Below, in pieces: positions 1-8,200 of a DNA stretch of 64,000 nt; position 1 is the first letter of the stretch; each line of letters begins with the position of its first letter. Source of the stretch: an uncultured Pseudobdellovibrionaceae bacterium. GTDB lineage: Bacteria > Bdellovibrionota > Bdellovibrionia > Bdellovibrionales > UBA1609. The stretch spans positions 8,701-72,700 of the forward strand of contig CAYMDP010000007.1 in assembly GCA_964389375.1 (NCBI GenBank). The letters are read 5' to 3'. The notes below the pieces were generated by a model. That model worked only from the letters and a program-made list of their open reading frames with translations, was not told the DNA's origin and searched no databases. The position numbers and the translations under genes are program-made.

Positions 1-548
1 ACTCTGTGGCCGATGTAAAAATGCGCGGAAAACATTCTCACGAAAATATTATGGCTGCGATCTTAGCGGCCAGAGAGCATGGTGCAAAACACGAAGCCAT
101 CCAACGAGTGATCGACAGCTACAAGGGCAGCCCTCATCGCCTTGAGTATGTTCGTAAAGTCGGCGGAGTTCAGTTTTTCAACGACTCCAAGGCCACAAAC
201 GTTCATGCCGTCGTTCGCGCCTTAGATGCTTTTGATGAAAACGTGATTTTGATTATGGGTGGTAAGGATACAAATCTTAACTTTGCTCCCTTAAAAGATC
301 GCATTCAGCGCAAAGTAAAAACCTTGATTCTAGTTGGTGAAGCGAAAGAGCGCATCAATCGTGATATCGGTGACTTTACTGAAACCTTTTTGATTGGAAC
401 CTTTGAAGAAGCGGTCTTGATTGCTTACCAGAAGTCGCGGATTGCGGACATTGTGTTGCTGTCTCCGGGTTGTTCAAGCTTCGATATGTTTGATTCATAT
501 ATCGAGCGCGGGAATTACTTCAAAGAGATCATCAACAAATTCAAGTAG
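1..548 (+). CDS. murD: UDP-N-acetylmuramoylalanine--D-glutamate ligase MurD, C-terminal part (5' end lies outside the window)
   Basis: The frame is open from the window edge. It carries the Mur-ligase C-terminal motifs (ILIMGGKD, LLSPGCSSFDMFDSYIERGNYF) and sits at the head of the dcw cluster. Confidence 0.85.
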   Translation, partial: SVADVKMRGKHSHENIMAAILAAREHGAKHEAIQRVIDSYKGSPHRLEYVRKVGGVQFFNDSKATNVHAVVRALDAFDENVILIMGGKDTNLNFAPLKDRIQRKVKTLILVGEAKERINRDIGDFTETFLIGTFEEAVLIAYQKSRIADIVLLSPGCSSFDMFDSYIERGNYFKEIINKFK

Positions 549-557
549 TCTTCGATT

Positions 558-683
558 CCAAACATTTTGATTTAAAAATACTCAAGCCCTCAGCCGGCGC
601 GCCATCCATGGCTCGCGGCCCGGTCCATCCTGGACCGCCGAGGCCGTCTGAGGTCTAGAGTATTTTTAAATCAAAATGTTTGG
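558..683. repeat. Family-1 palindromic element, copy 1. Perfect 26-bp arms (558-583 and 658-683) enclose a conserved GC-rich 56-nt core (596-651, + orientation).
   Basis: I checked the arms base by base: CCAAACATTTTGATTTAAAAATACTC is the exact reverse complement of 658-683. The core is GGCGCGCCATCCATGGCTCGCGGCCCGGTCCATCCTGGACCGCCGAGGCCGTCTGA. The element starts 10 nt after the murD stop. Confidence 0.9.
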
Positions 684-741
684 AGATCTCGCTACAGGGC
701 AGACAGTGGTTTCTGGCTCCGTATCTTGCGACTCTCGTATT

Positions 742-796
742 GGGCGCCATCCATGGCTCGCGGCCTGGTCCATCCTGGACCGCCGAGGCCGTCTGA
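742..796 (+). repeat. Family-1 core, copy 2 (no long flanking stem)
   Basis: GGGCGCCATCCATGGCTCGCGGCCTGGTCCATCCTGGACCGCCGAGGCCGTCTGA is nearly identical to the core at 596-651. A 9-bp direct repeat GGAGATCTC lies at 682-690 and 831-839 around it. Confidence 0.85.
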
Positions 797-969
797 AAGA
801 TGGAATCTTGAATTGGAATTTCAAAATGGTGGAGATCTCATTTTTTACAGGACATTGTTTTTCGAGCTTGCGCCCATGTGGATGATCCTTTGGGGGTGGG
901 TAATTCTTGGGTTGCTGATTGTTTCATCCTGGGCAGACAGTAGGGGCCATCTAAAATCATAGGTGACAG

Positions 970-1518
970 TCACCCTAGCATTGTGGAGAATTTTTCGATG
1001 AATCGCTTCATGTGGGGATCTGATTTTGAATAGGGAATGTCATCGAAGCTAAACCACTTCACTGAGGCAAATTCTTCTTGATCGAATTTTATAGGAACAG
1101 AAGAATCTCCTTCTAAAATATACCAGAGGCTTACGTCGGTGTGTCCCGCCGTCAGTCCGACAGTGACTGTTGATGTGATGAGAATTGGATCAGCCATCCA
1201 GAAGCGGGCTTCTAGGCTAAGCTCTTCTTTACATTCGCGGATTACAGTTGTCCTCGGGTGTTCGTCGGGCTCTACATGACCACCCGAAGGAAGCCACAGA
1301 CCCGCTTTAAGGTGCTCGACGAGCAAAATTTTTCTTCGATTGAAGTCACAGAGGCAAAAGTAGGAGACAAGATGTTTGTCGGGTACATCAGGCTTTGCAA
1401 CTCGAAAAATTCCTACGCCAGAATCAATCCAAGCCAAGCATTCCTTCTTATGGATTTCTTCAAGGCCATCGATTGGTTTTATCTTTTCAATAATTTTGCG
1501 AATTTCCATTTGAACCAT
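970..1518 (-). CDS. NUDIX hydrolase
   Basis: Clear Nudix box GHVEPDEHPRTTVIRECKEELSL (G-x5-E-x7-RE-x2-EE). 182-aa ORF. Confidence 0.85.
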   Translation of the reverse strand: MVQMEIRKIIEKIKPIDGLEEIHKKECLAWIDSGVGIFRVAKPDVPDKHLVSYFCLCDFNRRKILLVEHLKAGLWLPSGGHVEPDEHPRTTVIRECKEELSLEARFWMADPILITSTVTVGLTAGHTDVSLWYILEGDSSVPIKFDQEEFASVKWFSFDDIPYSKSDPHMKRFIEKFSTMLG

Positions 1519-1641
1519 TGGGGGAGAGTAGCTTTTGCGATTCCAATGATCAATACAGGAAAATTTCCTCTTACGGAGAAACCTAGGTGTCAGTGACCTA
1601 AATCAAGGCGTAAGTCCCTTTTGCTATTGCGCAGATTGAAT

Positions 1642-2238
1642 TTAAAAGACGTAGCCTAGGTGTAGGCCGGGCTCTGCCTGATACTTGCGCGCATGGTCTT
1701 CTTTTTCTTGAAAGCTTGGGGGAAGTCCCGTGTTCACTGGCCAATGGGTCAAGGCGATTGAGGGTTCTAGGAAAAAACTTTTTCCGATCGCAAAGTGATA
1801 GCCGATCCTGTAGGCCACAAAGAGCTGGTGCCCTGAGCCGAGTTTATCCCCAGTTGAAGAGACATAATCTTGGAACAAGTAGGTAGCATGAATTGCCGCG
1901 TAGAATTTATTCCACAAGAATCTTTGGTAAGCTAGCCCGGCGCCTTTGGCGGAAACGTAGCCTGGAAACTTATCGCTATCTTTCGCATCGAAAAGTAAGC
2001 CAAGGGGTGCATAGTAACGCCAGGTGATTGCTTCGATGGAGATTACATCTTTTTTTGTCAGACGATAACCCAGATTCAGTTGAAGAAACTTTGGGGGTTC
2101 ACTTGAATTTTGGTCAAGCCCAGAGAGGATAAAGGCAGAGGTTCCAATGAAAAATTTTGATTTTTCGACTTCTGCTGAGGCCAAGCCAGATGCAAATGAG
2201 ATAACAAAAAAACACCAAAGACGAATTAGCAGGCGCAT
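1642..2238 (-). CDS. Small outer-membrane beta-barrel protein (function unknown)
   Basis: N-terminal signal peptide (…FASGLASAEV). Alternating aromatic/Gly-rich strands. C-terminal GLHLGYVF beta-signal ending in Phe. Confidence 0.65.
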   Translation of the reverse strand: MRLLIRLWCFFVISFASGLASAEVEKSKFFIGTSAFILSGLDQNSSEPPKFLQLNLGYRLTKKDVISIEAITWRYYAPLGLLFDAKDSDKFPGYVSAKGAGLAYQRFLWNKFYAAIHATYLFQDYVSSTGDKLGSGHQLFVAYRIGYHFAIGKSFFLEPSIALTHWPVNTGLPPSFQEKEDHARKYQAEPGLHLGYVF

Positions 2239-2313
2239 CGAGACCTCCCATGATTGATTCTTTCTATTAGGTTATTAGAAAGCGGATGGATCCTCATTGA
2301 TCCTAATCAAGAT

Positions 2314-2865
2314 CTACAGGTCTAGGAATTGTCTGCGAGTTCGGCTTAAGGTCTCGGGTGCGATTCCAAGATAGCTTGCAAGTGCGTGCTGCGGGACTCT
2401 TCGAAGAAGTTCCGGGCGGTGCAGGCTCACAAATTCATATCGCTCAAGCGGAGAGAGGGACCGTAACTGCTCACTGAAGCGAACTTGGTAGGCCAGACGA
2501 TCCTCGGCAAATTTGCGACAGACGGTTTCAAAACGCGGAAAGGCTTCAAGCTGTTTTTCGCCTTCGCTTGCGGAAGAGGCGGCGAGAATGCAATCCTCCA
2601 AGCAGCGGAGATATTGTGAGTTAGGGGTGGTCAAGACGGGCTCGCCCTGCAAAAAAAACTCAGACACAACTTCGCGATCTTTCAAACTCGTGTAACTGCA
2701 CAAGGCGCCCTCGATCACAAAATAGGAAGTCTCACTAGAGCCATTTGAAATATCAATAATCTGATTCTTCTCAAAATGCTTGATTGTATTTGCACGAATC
2801 ACCACATCCCTTTCGGAATCGGTCATCGTGAGGTACTTTCCAATAAATTTAAACAACTCGTCCAT
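2314..2865 (-). CDS. Crp/Fnr-family transcriptional regulator (cNMP-binding-like domain plus C-terminal HTH)
   Basis: About 180 aa. N-terminal beta-roll-like region (YFVIEGAL…). C-terminal HTH segment (VPQHALASYLGIAPETLSRTRR). Confidence 0.7.
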   Translation of the reverse strand: MDELFKFIGKYLTMTDSERDVVIRANTIKHFEKNQIIDISNGSSETSYFVIEGALCSYTSLKDREVVSEFFLQGEPVLTTPNSQYLRCLEDCILAASSASEGEKQLEAFPRFETVCRKFAEDRLAYQVRFSEQLRSLSPLERYEFVSLHRPELLRRVPQHALASYLGIAPETLSRTRRQFLDL

Positions 2866-3013
2866 ATGCTTACTATTCTTCTGAAAACTTCAGCTGTCAG
2901 CCCCCTTTTCGGCAGCAAGCTTAAACCTTCTGCACTTCGTTATCCCCTCAGTCAGCCCGGGGGGTTTCAAGACAGAGCGCCAGTGACCCATGCTTTACCG
3001 TTTGGCAGGAGAC

Positions 3014-3075
3014 GAGAATGTTAAGAACGGGATTTGAAAGAAGGACTCTGTCAGTGGGCCGCGGTGGTCCAAGAT
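3014..3075 (-). repeat. Degenerate half-copy of the Family-1 element (left-arm half only)
   Basis: 3014-3075 aligns with 3117-3179 at a 103-nt offset (GAGAATGTTAAGAACGGGATTTGAAAGAAGGAC… versus GAGAATGTTACGAAACGGAATTTTGAAAGAGGGAC…). Confidence 0.7.
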
Positions 3076-3128
3076 TAAGCGGCAGCGAACAATGTTTTAC
3101 TGTTTGTGCAGCTGAGGAGAATGTTACG

Positions 3129-3244
3129 AAACGGAATTTTGAAAGAGGGACCGCTTCAGTCGGCCTCGGCGGTCCAGGATGGACCAGGCCGCGAGCCATG
3201 GATGGCGCGCCGATTGAAGCGGTCCCTCTTTCAAAATTCCGTTT
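3129..3244. repeat. Family-1 palindromic element, copy 3. Perfect 30-bp arms (3129-3158 and 3215-3244) enclose the core (3156-3211) in minus orientation.
   Basis: Arm AAACGGAATTTTGAAAGAGGGACCGCTTCA is the exact reverse complement of 3215-3244. The reverse complement of the core matches copy 1 at 54 of 56 nt. Confidence 0.9.
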
Positions 3245-3300
3245 GAGGCACCGACGAAGGTCGAGTTGGATTGTCCCCACTTTCAAGCTAAGATCTGTGA

Positions 3301-4428
3301 ATGTTCTATCGTTTAGATAAAGGCATTTTGCTGACTCTTCTTTTTTTAATCGGCTTAGGCCTTGTTCAGGTTTATTCCTCGAGCTTTATTTTTGCGACTG
3401 AATCTTATAGTTCGGGTCGGCATTTTTTTATTCGCCAAAGTCTTTTTGCAGTTGTCGGGATTGCGGTTTTGTTTTTAGTCGCAAGTCTTCCCTGGAAGTG
3501 GGCTTATCGTTTGGGTTTGGTGTGCTGGGCGCTTGCGATAGTTGGAATCATTGCGACCCATGTGCCGGGAATTGGTGTTAAAGCAGGCGGAGCGCACCGT
3601 TGGATTCAACTTCCTTTTGATCTGCGTTTCGAGCCCGCTGAACTTTATAAAGTCAGTTTGCCTTTTGCTCTTGCCTCTTTGTTTGTGACCGCAGAGCAGA
3701 CTAAGGGTTTGTGGTCTTGGACTTGGCGTCTTTTTGTTTTTCTTGCTCCTTTTGTGTTGATCTTAAAGCAGCCTGATTTTGGGACTTTCGTGATTTTGTC
3801 CTTGGTCAGTTTAAGTGTGTTTTTTGTTTTTGGTTTGAAGTGGCGCTATATTTTGGCCTCAATTGCTATGGCGGTACCGGCATTTTATTTTTTGGTTCTC
3901 CAGGTGCCCTATCGATACGCCCGTGTAAAAACTTTTTTAGACCCCTGGTCCGATCCGACGGATAGGGGCTTTCAGATTATTCAAAGTCTTTTAAGTTTTC
4001 ATTCAGGGGGACTTACGGGTTCGGGGCTTGGTCAGGGGCAGGGGAAGCTCTTCTTCTTGCCCGAAGCTCACACCGATTTCACTATGGCCGTTTTGGGTGA
4101 AGAGTTGGGCTTTATTGGATTTGTGTTTGTGATGATTCTTTACGCATTTTTGATCTTTCGTGGCCTTCAGATTTCGGCGAAAGTGACCGAGCGTGGGCAG
4201 CAAGTTGTGGCCCTGGGCATCACCACATTTTTTGCCCTATCCGTTTTTATTAATGTTGGAGTCGTTCTTGGACTTTTGCCAACGAAGGGATTAACTTTAC
4301 CTTTCTTAAGTTATGGCGGAAGTTCTTTGGTTTCGACCTGTTTGGGATTTGGCTGGTTTATGAATGTTCAAAGACAGCTGGATCAAGAAAATGTTGGGCG
4401 AAAACGAAGACGCTTTCTTCCTTTGTGA
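3301..4428 (+). CDS. ftsW: SEDS-family lipid II flippase / peptidoglycan polymerase FtsW
   Basis: Polytopic membrane protein with SEDS motifs (QPDFGT, LPEAHTDF, LPFLSYGGSS). It sits between murD and murG in the dcw cluster. Confidence 0.9.
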   Translation: MFYRLDKGILLTLLFLIGLGLVQVYSSSFIFATESYSSGRHFFIRQSLFAVVGIAVLFLVASLPWKWAYRLGLVCWALAIVGIIATHVPGIGVKAGGAHRWIQLPFDLRFEPAELYKVSLPFALASLFVTAEQTKGLWSWTWRLFVFLAPFVLILKQPDFGTFVILSLVSLSVFFVFGLKWRYILASIAMAVPAFYFLVLQVPYRYARVKTFLDPWSDPTDRGFQIIQSLLSFHSGGLTGSGLGQGQGKLFFLPEAHTDFTMAVLGEELGFIGFVFVMILYAFLIFRGLQISAKVTERGQQVVALGITTFFALSVFINVGVVLGLLPTKGLTLPFLSYGGSSLVSTCLGFGWFMNVQRQLDQENVGRKRRRFLPL

Positions 4429-4442
4429 GGCGCTAAAAAGGC

Positions 4443-5537
4443 ATGAAATATTTGATTGCAGCCGGCGGAACCGGCGGTCACATTTATCCCGCTCTTGCGA
4501 TTGCAGATCAGATCAAAAAAACAAATCCTTCCGCTGAAATTATTTTTGTAGGCACCCATAAGGGTCTAGAGAATCAGATTTTACCAAAGGCAGGCTACCC
4601 TCTAGAGCATTTGCCTATCGGGCGACTTAACAGCAATGTTTCTTTGTCAGAGCGTCTGTTCACTCTGGTTTTGTTGCCTTTCGCTCTTTTGAAATCAGCT
4701 TACCTTGTGTTTAAACATCGGCCCCAATTTGTTTTAGGGGTCGGAGGGCACGCGAGCGGACCTATGCTATTGGCGGCATCTCTCATGGGGAAGAAGACTT
4801 ATATTTGGGAGCCAAATGCTTTGCCGGGTCTTGCCAATCGCTGGCTTGCCCCTTTTGTCGGAGAGTGTTTGGTGGTTTTTGAGGACGCTAAGAAATTCCT
4901 GCGTTCGAAGCGATGTCGAAGAGTTGGAATGCCAATTCGAAAGGAAATCGACCATTTACAAGCCCTGCGGGACACGGATAGCAACTTTCATGTTCTAATT
5001 TTTGGCGGCAGCCAAGGGGCAAGACCCATAAATAATGCGGTCCTCGCCATGCTAAAATTAAATCCGTCCTGGAGAGGCTCCATTCGTTTTGTTCATCAAA
5101 CGGGGCCTCACGATATTCAAAGAATTTCTGCTGAGTATCAAAGTCATGGATTCATCGAAGATGGCAGTGTGCAGGTTTTTGAATATCTTCACGATATGGA
5201 TAAGCGCTACGCTTGGGCGGATCTAGTGATCTCAAGGGCCGGAACCGGAACCTTGTCTGAATTGGCAGCGACTCAAAAGCCCTCGATATTAATTCCGCTT
5301 GCGACTTCTGCGGATAACCACCAGCAAAAAAATGCGGAAGCCCTAGAGCGAGATCAAGCGGCAAAAATGCTACTACAGAAGGATTTGACAGCAGAATCCT
5401 TGAAGACGATGATTCAGAAGTTTTTTGAAGATAAAAATCTTAGGGAATCGATGTCGCGTAAAGTTCAAAAATTTCACGAGCCTGATGCGGCAAAGGCGAT
5501 TGCATTTCATCTTCTAGAAAGCTCAAAGGTGGTTTGA
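4443..5537 (+). CDS. murG: UDP-N-acetylglucosamine--N-acetylmuramyl-(pentapeptide) pyrophosphoryl-undecaprenol GlcNAc transferase MurG
   Basis: N-terminal GGTGGHIYPALA motif. C-terminal RAGTGTLSELA and NHQQKNA motifs. dcw context. Confidence 0.92.
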   Translation: MKYLIAAGGTGGHIYPALAIADQIKKTNPSAEIIFVGTHKGLENQILPKAGYPLEHLPIGRLNSNVSLSERLFTLVLLPFALLKSAYLVFKHRPQFVLGVGGHASGPMLLAASLMGKKTYIWEPNALPGLANRWLAPFVGECLVVFEDAKKFLRSKRCRRVGMPIRKEIDHLQALRDTDSNFHVLIFGGSQGARPINNAVLAMLKLNPSWRGSIRFVHQTGPHDIQRISAEYQSHGFIEDGSVQVFEYLHDMDKRYAWADLVISRAGTGTLSELAATQKPSILIPLATSADNHQQKNAEALERDQAAKMLLQKDLTAESLKTMIQKFFEDKNLRESMSRKVQKFHEPDAAKAIAFHLLESSKVV

Positions 5538-5538
5538 T

Positions 5539-6921
5539 TTGAAGCTGGCCAGCTCGAAAGTTCATTTTATTGGAATCGGCGGCATCGGAATGTGTGGTCT
5601 AGCCGAGCTACTTCATAATATGGGAGCAAAAGTTACGGGGAGTGACCTTAGTGACAACCTTCAAATCCAAAGATTAAAAAGCCTTGGGATTCCGGTTATG
5701 CTTGGGCATGATGCGGCTCATGTTGAAAATGCAGAGGTCGTCGTTTTTTCAAGTGCTGTAAAAGAATCAAATCCTGAATATATCGAGGCAAGAAAAAAAC
5801 AAATTCCGTTGATTCGAAGAGCTGAGGCCTTGGCTGAGTTAATGCGCTTAAAGCGCGGGATTGCAGTGGGCGGAACCCATGGAAAAACCACAACGACGAG
5901 TTTGATTGCCTCTGTATTTTTAGGCGCGGGATGGGATCCAACAATTGTTGTCGGCGGCCGTCTTGAAATCATTCAATCTACCGCACAGCTTGGGCAAGGG
6001 GATTGGTTGGTTGCCGAGGCGGATGAAAGTGACGGAAGTTTTAACCGTCTTGCCCCCGAGCTTGTGGTGATTACAAATATCGATAACGACCACTTAGACC
6101 ATTATGGAAGTTTTCAACATTTGAAGTCGGCTTTTTTGGATTTTGCTTCACGCATTCCCTTTTATGGTGCGGCAATTGTTTGTGGAGATGATCCAAATTT
6201 AAGAGAGATCTTTTCGGACTTTCCAAAGCGAAAGGTGTCCTATGGCTTTGCAGAAGATAACGATGTTTGTATTCGTGAGACGGCCTCAACTTGCCAGCTT
6301 GTAGAATCTGGAAAAGTGATTGCAGAATTTACTCCTCCTCTTCCGGGGCAGCACAATATTTTAAACTCTACGGCAGCCTTACTTGCGGCTCGAAGTGCGG
6401 GAATGGATTTAAAGCAAGCGATTAAAGCTTTGTCGGGCTTTCGCGGAGTGGATCGGCGTTTTCAGCATAAGGGGAAGGCTTCAGGAATTGATTTTTACGA
6501 TGACTACGGACACCATCCGACCGAGGTCTCTGCAGTGCTTTCGGCTTTTAAGAAACATTTTCCGGATCGGCGCAAGGTCGTTTTGTTTCAGCCTCATCGC
6601 TATTCCCGCACACAAATATGTTGGGATCAATTTTTGACTTGTTTTGGAGACGCGGACGAAGTTTTTGTCATGGATATTTATCCAGCCGGAGAAGCTCCGA
6701 TTCCAGGAATCGAAACAAGTCGCTTGATACGAGAAATCCAAGGGGGTCGGGCTAAGCAATTAGAGCGTGATAAAAATCCCAACCTAGAAGGCCTTAGTGA
6801 TGTCCTTCGACCCGGCGATGTCTTTATTAGCTTAGGGGCTGGAGATGTGTACAAATTTGGTGAGCGCCTTCTTAAGTCCTTAGAGGCCAAGCAAAAAGGG
6901 GGAAGTCGTGGAGACTCCTGA
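5539..6921 (+). CDS. murC: UDP-N-acetylmuramate--L-alanine ligase MurC
   Basis: HFIGIGGIGM Rossmann motif, GTHGKTTTT P-loop, DDYGHHP. TTG start 2 nt after the murG stop. Confidence 0.92.
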   Translation: MKLASSKVHFIGIGGIGMCGLAELLHNMGAKVTGSDLSDNLQIQRLKSLGIPVMLGHDAAHVENAEVVVFSSAVKESNPEYIEARKKQIPLIRRAEALAELMRLKRGIAVGGTHGKTTTTSLIASVFLGAGWDPTIVVGGRLEIIQSTAQLGQGDWLVAEADESDGSFNRLAPELVVITNIDNDHLDHYGSFQHLKSAFLDFASRIPFYGAAIVCGDDPNLREIFSDFPKRKVSYGFAEDNDVCIRETASTCQLVESGKVIAEFTPPLPGQHNILNSTAALLAARSAGMDLKQAIKALSGFRGVDRRFQHKGKASGIDFYDDYGHHPTEVSAVLSAFKKHFPDRRKVVLFQPHRYSRTQICWDQFLTCFGDADEVFVMDIYPAGEAPIPGIETSRLIREIQGGRAKQLERDKNPNLEGLSDVLRPGDVFISLGAGDVYKFGERLLKSLEAKQKGGSRGDS

Positions 6922-7831
6922 TTGGATTCGAAGTTCGGAAGAACTCGCTCCATGGACTTGGTGGAAGGTCGGCGGACCGGCAGAATATTTTTGCCTTCCC
7001 AAGGACATTTCTGAAGTCTCCAGAGCGCTTGCATGGGCTAGGGATTTTCTTCAGCCGGTGACGGTTCTTGGCGGCGGCTCGAATGTATTGGTCAGTGATC
7101 AAGGTGTATCCGGTCTTGTGATTTGTTTGCGCGAGCTTAAAGGCCTCACTAGCGAAGAGGCTACGGGGCGAATTAAAATCACCGCCCTTGCAGGGACTCC
7201 GAAGTCAGAACTTTTGAAAGTATTTTTAAAACATAAACTTCCTCCGGCACTTTTTGTTTGCGGCCTGCCGGGTGATGTCGGTGGTGGTGTGGTGATGAAT
7301 GCGGGCGTCAGTGAAAAGATCGTGCCCAGAGAGTTTTGTGAGCTGGTGGATTGGGTTGATGTGCTTAAGTTTCACGAGGGTGATTTTCGTTTGTGTCGTT
7401 TTCAGAAAAACGAAATCGAATGGACCTATCGTCATTCTGAAGGCTGGCAACCAGGAGTCATTGTCGAGGTGGGATTAAGTTGGGAAAATAAACCAGACCC
7501 CACAATCATGAACAAAGTCAAAGAGGCCACAAAAAGCCGTTTGCAAAGGCAGCCCTTAAACCTTCCAAGTTGTGGTTCCGTATTTAAGAACCCGGATCCT
7601 TTAAAGGCCGGAGCTTTGATAGAAGAATGTGGTCTAAAGGGCTATTCAGTCGGTGGCGCTCAGGTTTCAGAAAAACACGCAAATTTTATAGTCAATAATG
7701 GGGGCGCCAAAGCCTCCGAGATTCATCAAATCATCAGCCACATTAAAAAGACCGTTAAAGAAAAAAAATCCGTAGAGCTTGAAACCGAAGTCCGCTACCT
7801 AGGACGCTTCAAGGGCAATCCCAACAGGTAA
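6908..7831 (+). CDS. murB: UDP-N-acetylenolpyruvoylglucosamine reductase MurB
   Basis: FAD-binding GGGSNVL, and the SCGSVFKNP and EKHANFIVN motifs. The GTG start overlaps the murC end. The stop codon TAA (7829-7831) lies inside the Family-2 repeat arm. Confidence 0.9.
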   Translation: METPDWIRSSEELAPWTWWKVGGPAEYFCLPKDISEVSRALAWARDFLQPVTVLGGGSNVLVSDQGVSGLVICLRELKGLTSEEATGRIKITALAGTPKSELLKVFLKHKLPPALFVCGLPGDVGGGVVMNAGVSEKIVPREFCELVDWVDVLKFHEGDFRLCRFQKNEIEWTYRHSEGWQPGVIVEVGLSWENKPDPTIMNKVKEATKSRLQRQPLNLPSCGSVFKNPDPLKAGALIEECGLKGYSVGGAQVSEKHANFIVNNGGAKASEIHQIISHIKKTVKEKKSVELETEVRYLGRFKGNPNR

Positions 7832-8200
7832 CAGTTTCCTTTTCCCGTCTCATCGCATCAAAAAAGCAATTCGGCATTTCCGGAGTCTATAGCTGAAAAC
7901 TAGCGGGTAGAGTTTATTAAAGAATATTATTTTCCGTCGCGTTCTGCCGGGCAAATAAAACTGTCGCTAGTTCGAAAAAGTGAATCCCGACTAAACAGGC
8001 TAGTGCCCGCGATATCTTTTCATTTGAATTAAGTGTCCGCCGAAGACTAGTTTCGCAGCGGCCCCTTCGGCGAAGCCGAAGGGGCCGCGAGAATGTTCGA
8101 CGGCTGAGGCGGAGCACTTAATTCAAATGAAAAGATATCGCGGGTGTCGAAGAGGCGATGCGTTTCTGATGCGATGAGACGGGAAAAGGGAACTGTTACC
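7827..8200. repeat. Family-2 element, 'open' copy. 34-nt inverted arms (7827-7860 and 8167-8200, 1 mismatch) are separated by 306 bp.
   Basis: Left arm is GGTAACAGTTTCCTTTTCCCGTCTCATCGCATCA. The reverse complement of the right arm is GGTAACAGTTCCCTTTTCCCGTCTCATCGCATCA. The same arm sequence recurs at 54596-54629. Confidence 0.9.
8006..8144. repeat. Inner palindromic element nested inside the Family-2 copy. Perfect 30-bp arms (8006-8035 and 8115-8144) with a central 14-bp GC-rich hairpin (8058-8088).
   Basis: Arm CCCGCGATATCTTTTCATTTGAATTAAGTG is the exact reverse complement of 8115-8144. The central hairpin is GCGGCCCCTTCGGC-GAA-GCCGAAGGGGCCGC. Confidence 0.9.

Noticed and set aside
726-962. 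ORFs across the repeat regions (676-885, 726-962, 2948-3286, 3018-3320) share a peptide like PSMARGLVHPGPPRP(S/T)E.
   Set aside because: The shared peptide is just the translation of the conserved nucleotide core, which occurs in both orientations. There is no RBS and no coding-like flanks, and the ORFs run through palindromes. I treat these as non-coding repeats.
558-3244. Idea that the Family-1 hairpins are integron attC sites flanking gene cassettes.
   Set aside because: No intI integrase or attI lies nearby. The GTT-containing words (GTTAAGA, GTTACGA, GTTCGAC) do not fit the GTTRRRY/RYYYAAC core-site consensus. The bracketed genes are not promoterless single cassettes each followed by a site.
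6678-7034. Long antisense ORFs inside murC/murB (6678-7034, 6872-7102) and inside ftsZ (11583-11897, 12031-12369).
   Set aside because: They overlap strongly supported dcw genes and have no motifs. This is a typical shadow-ORF pattern.
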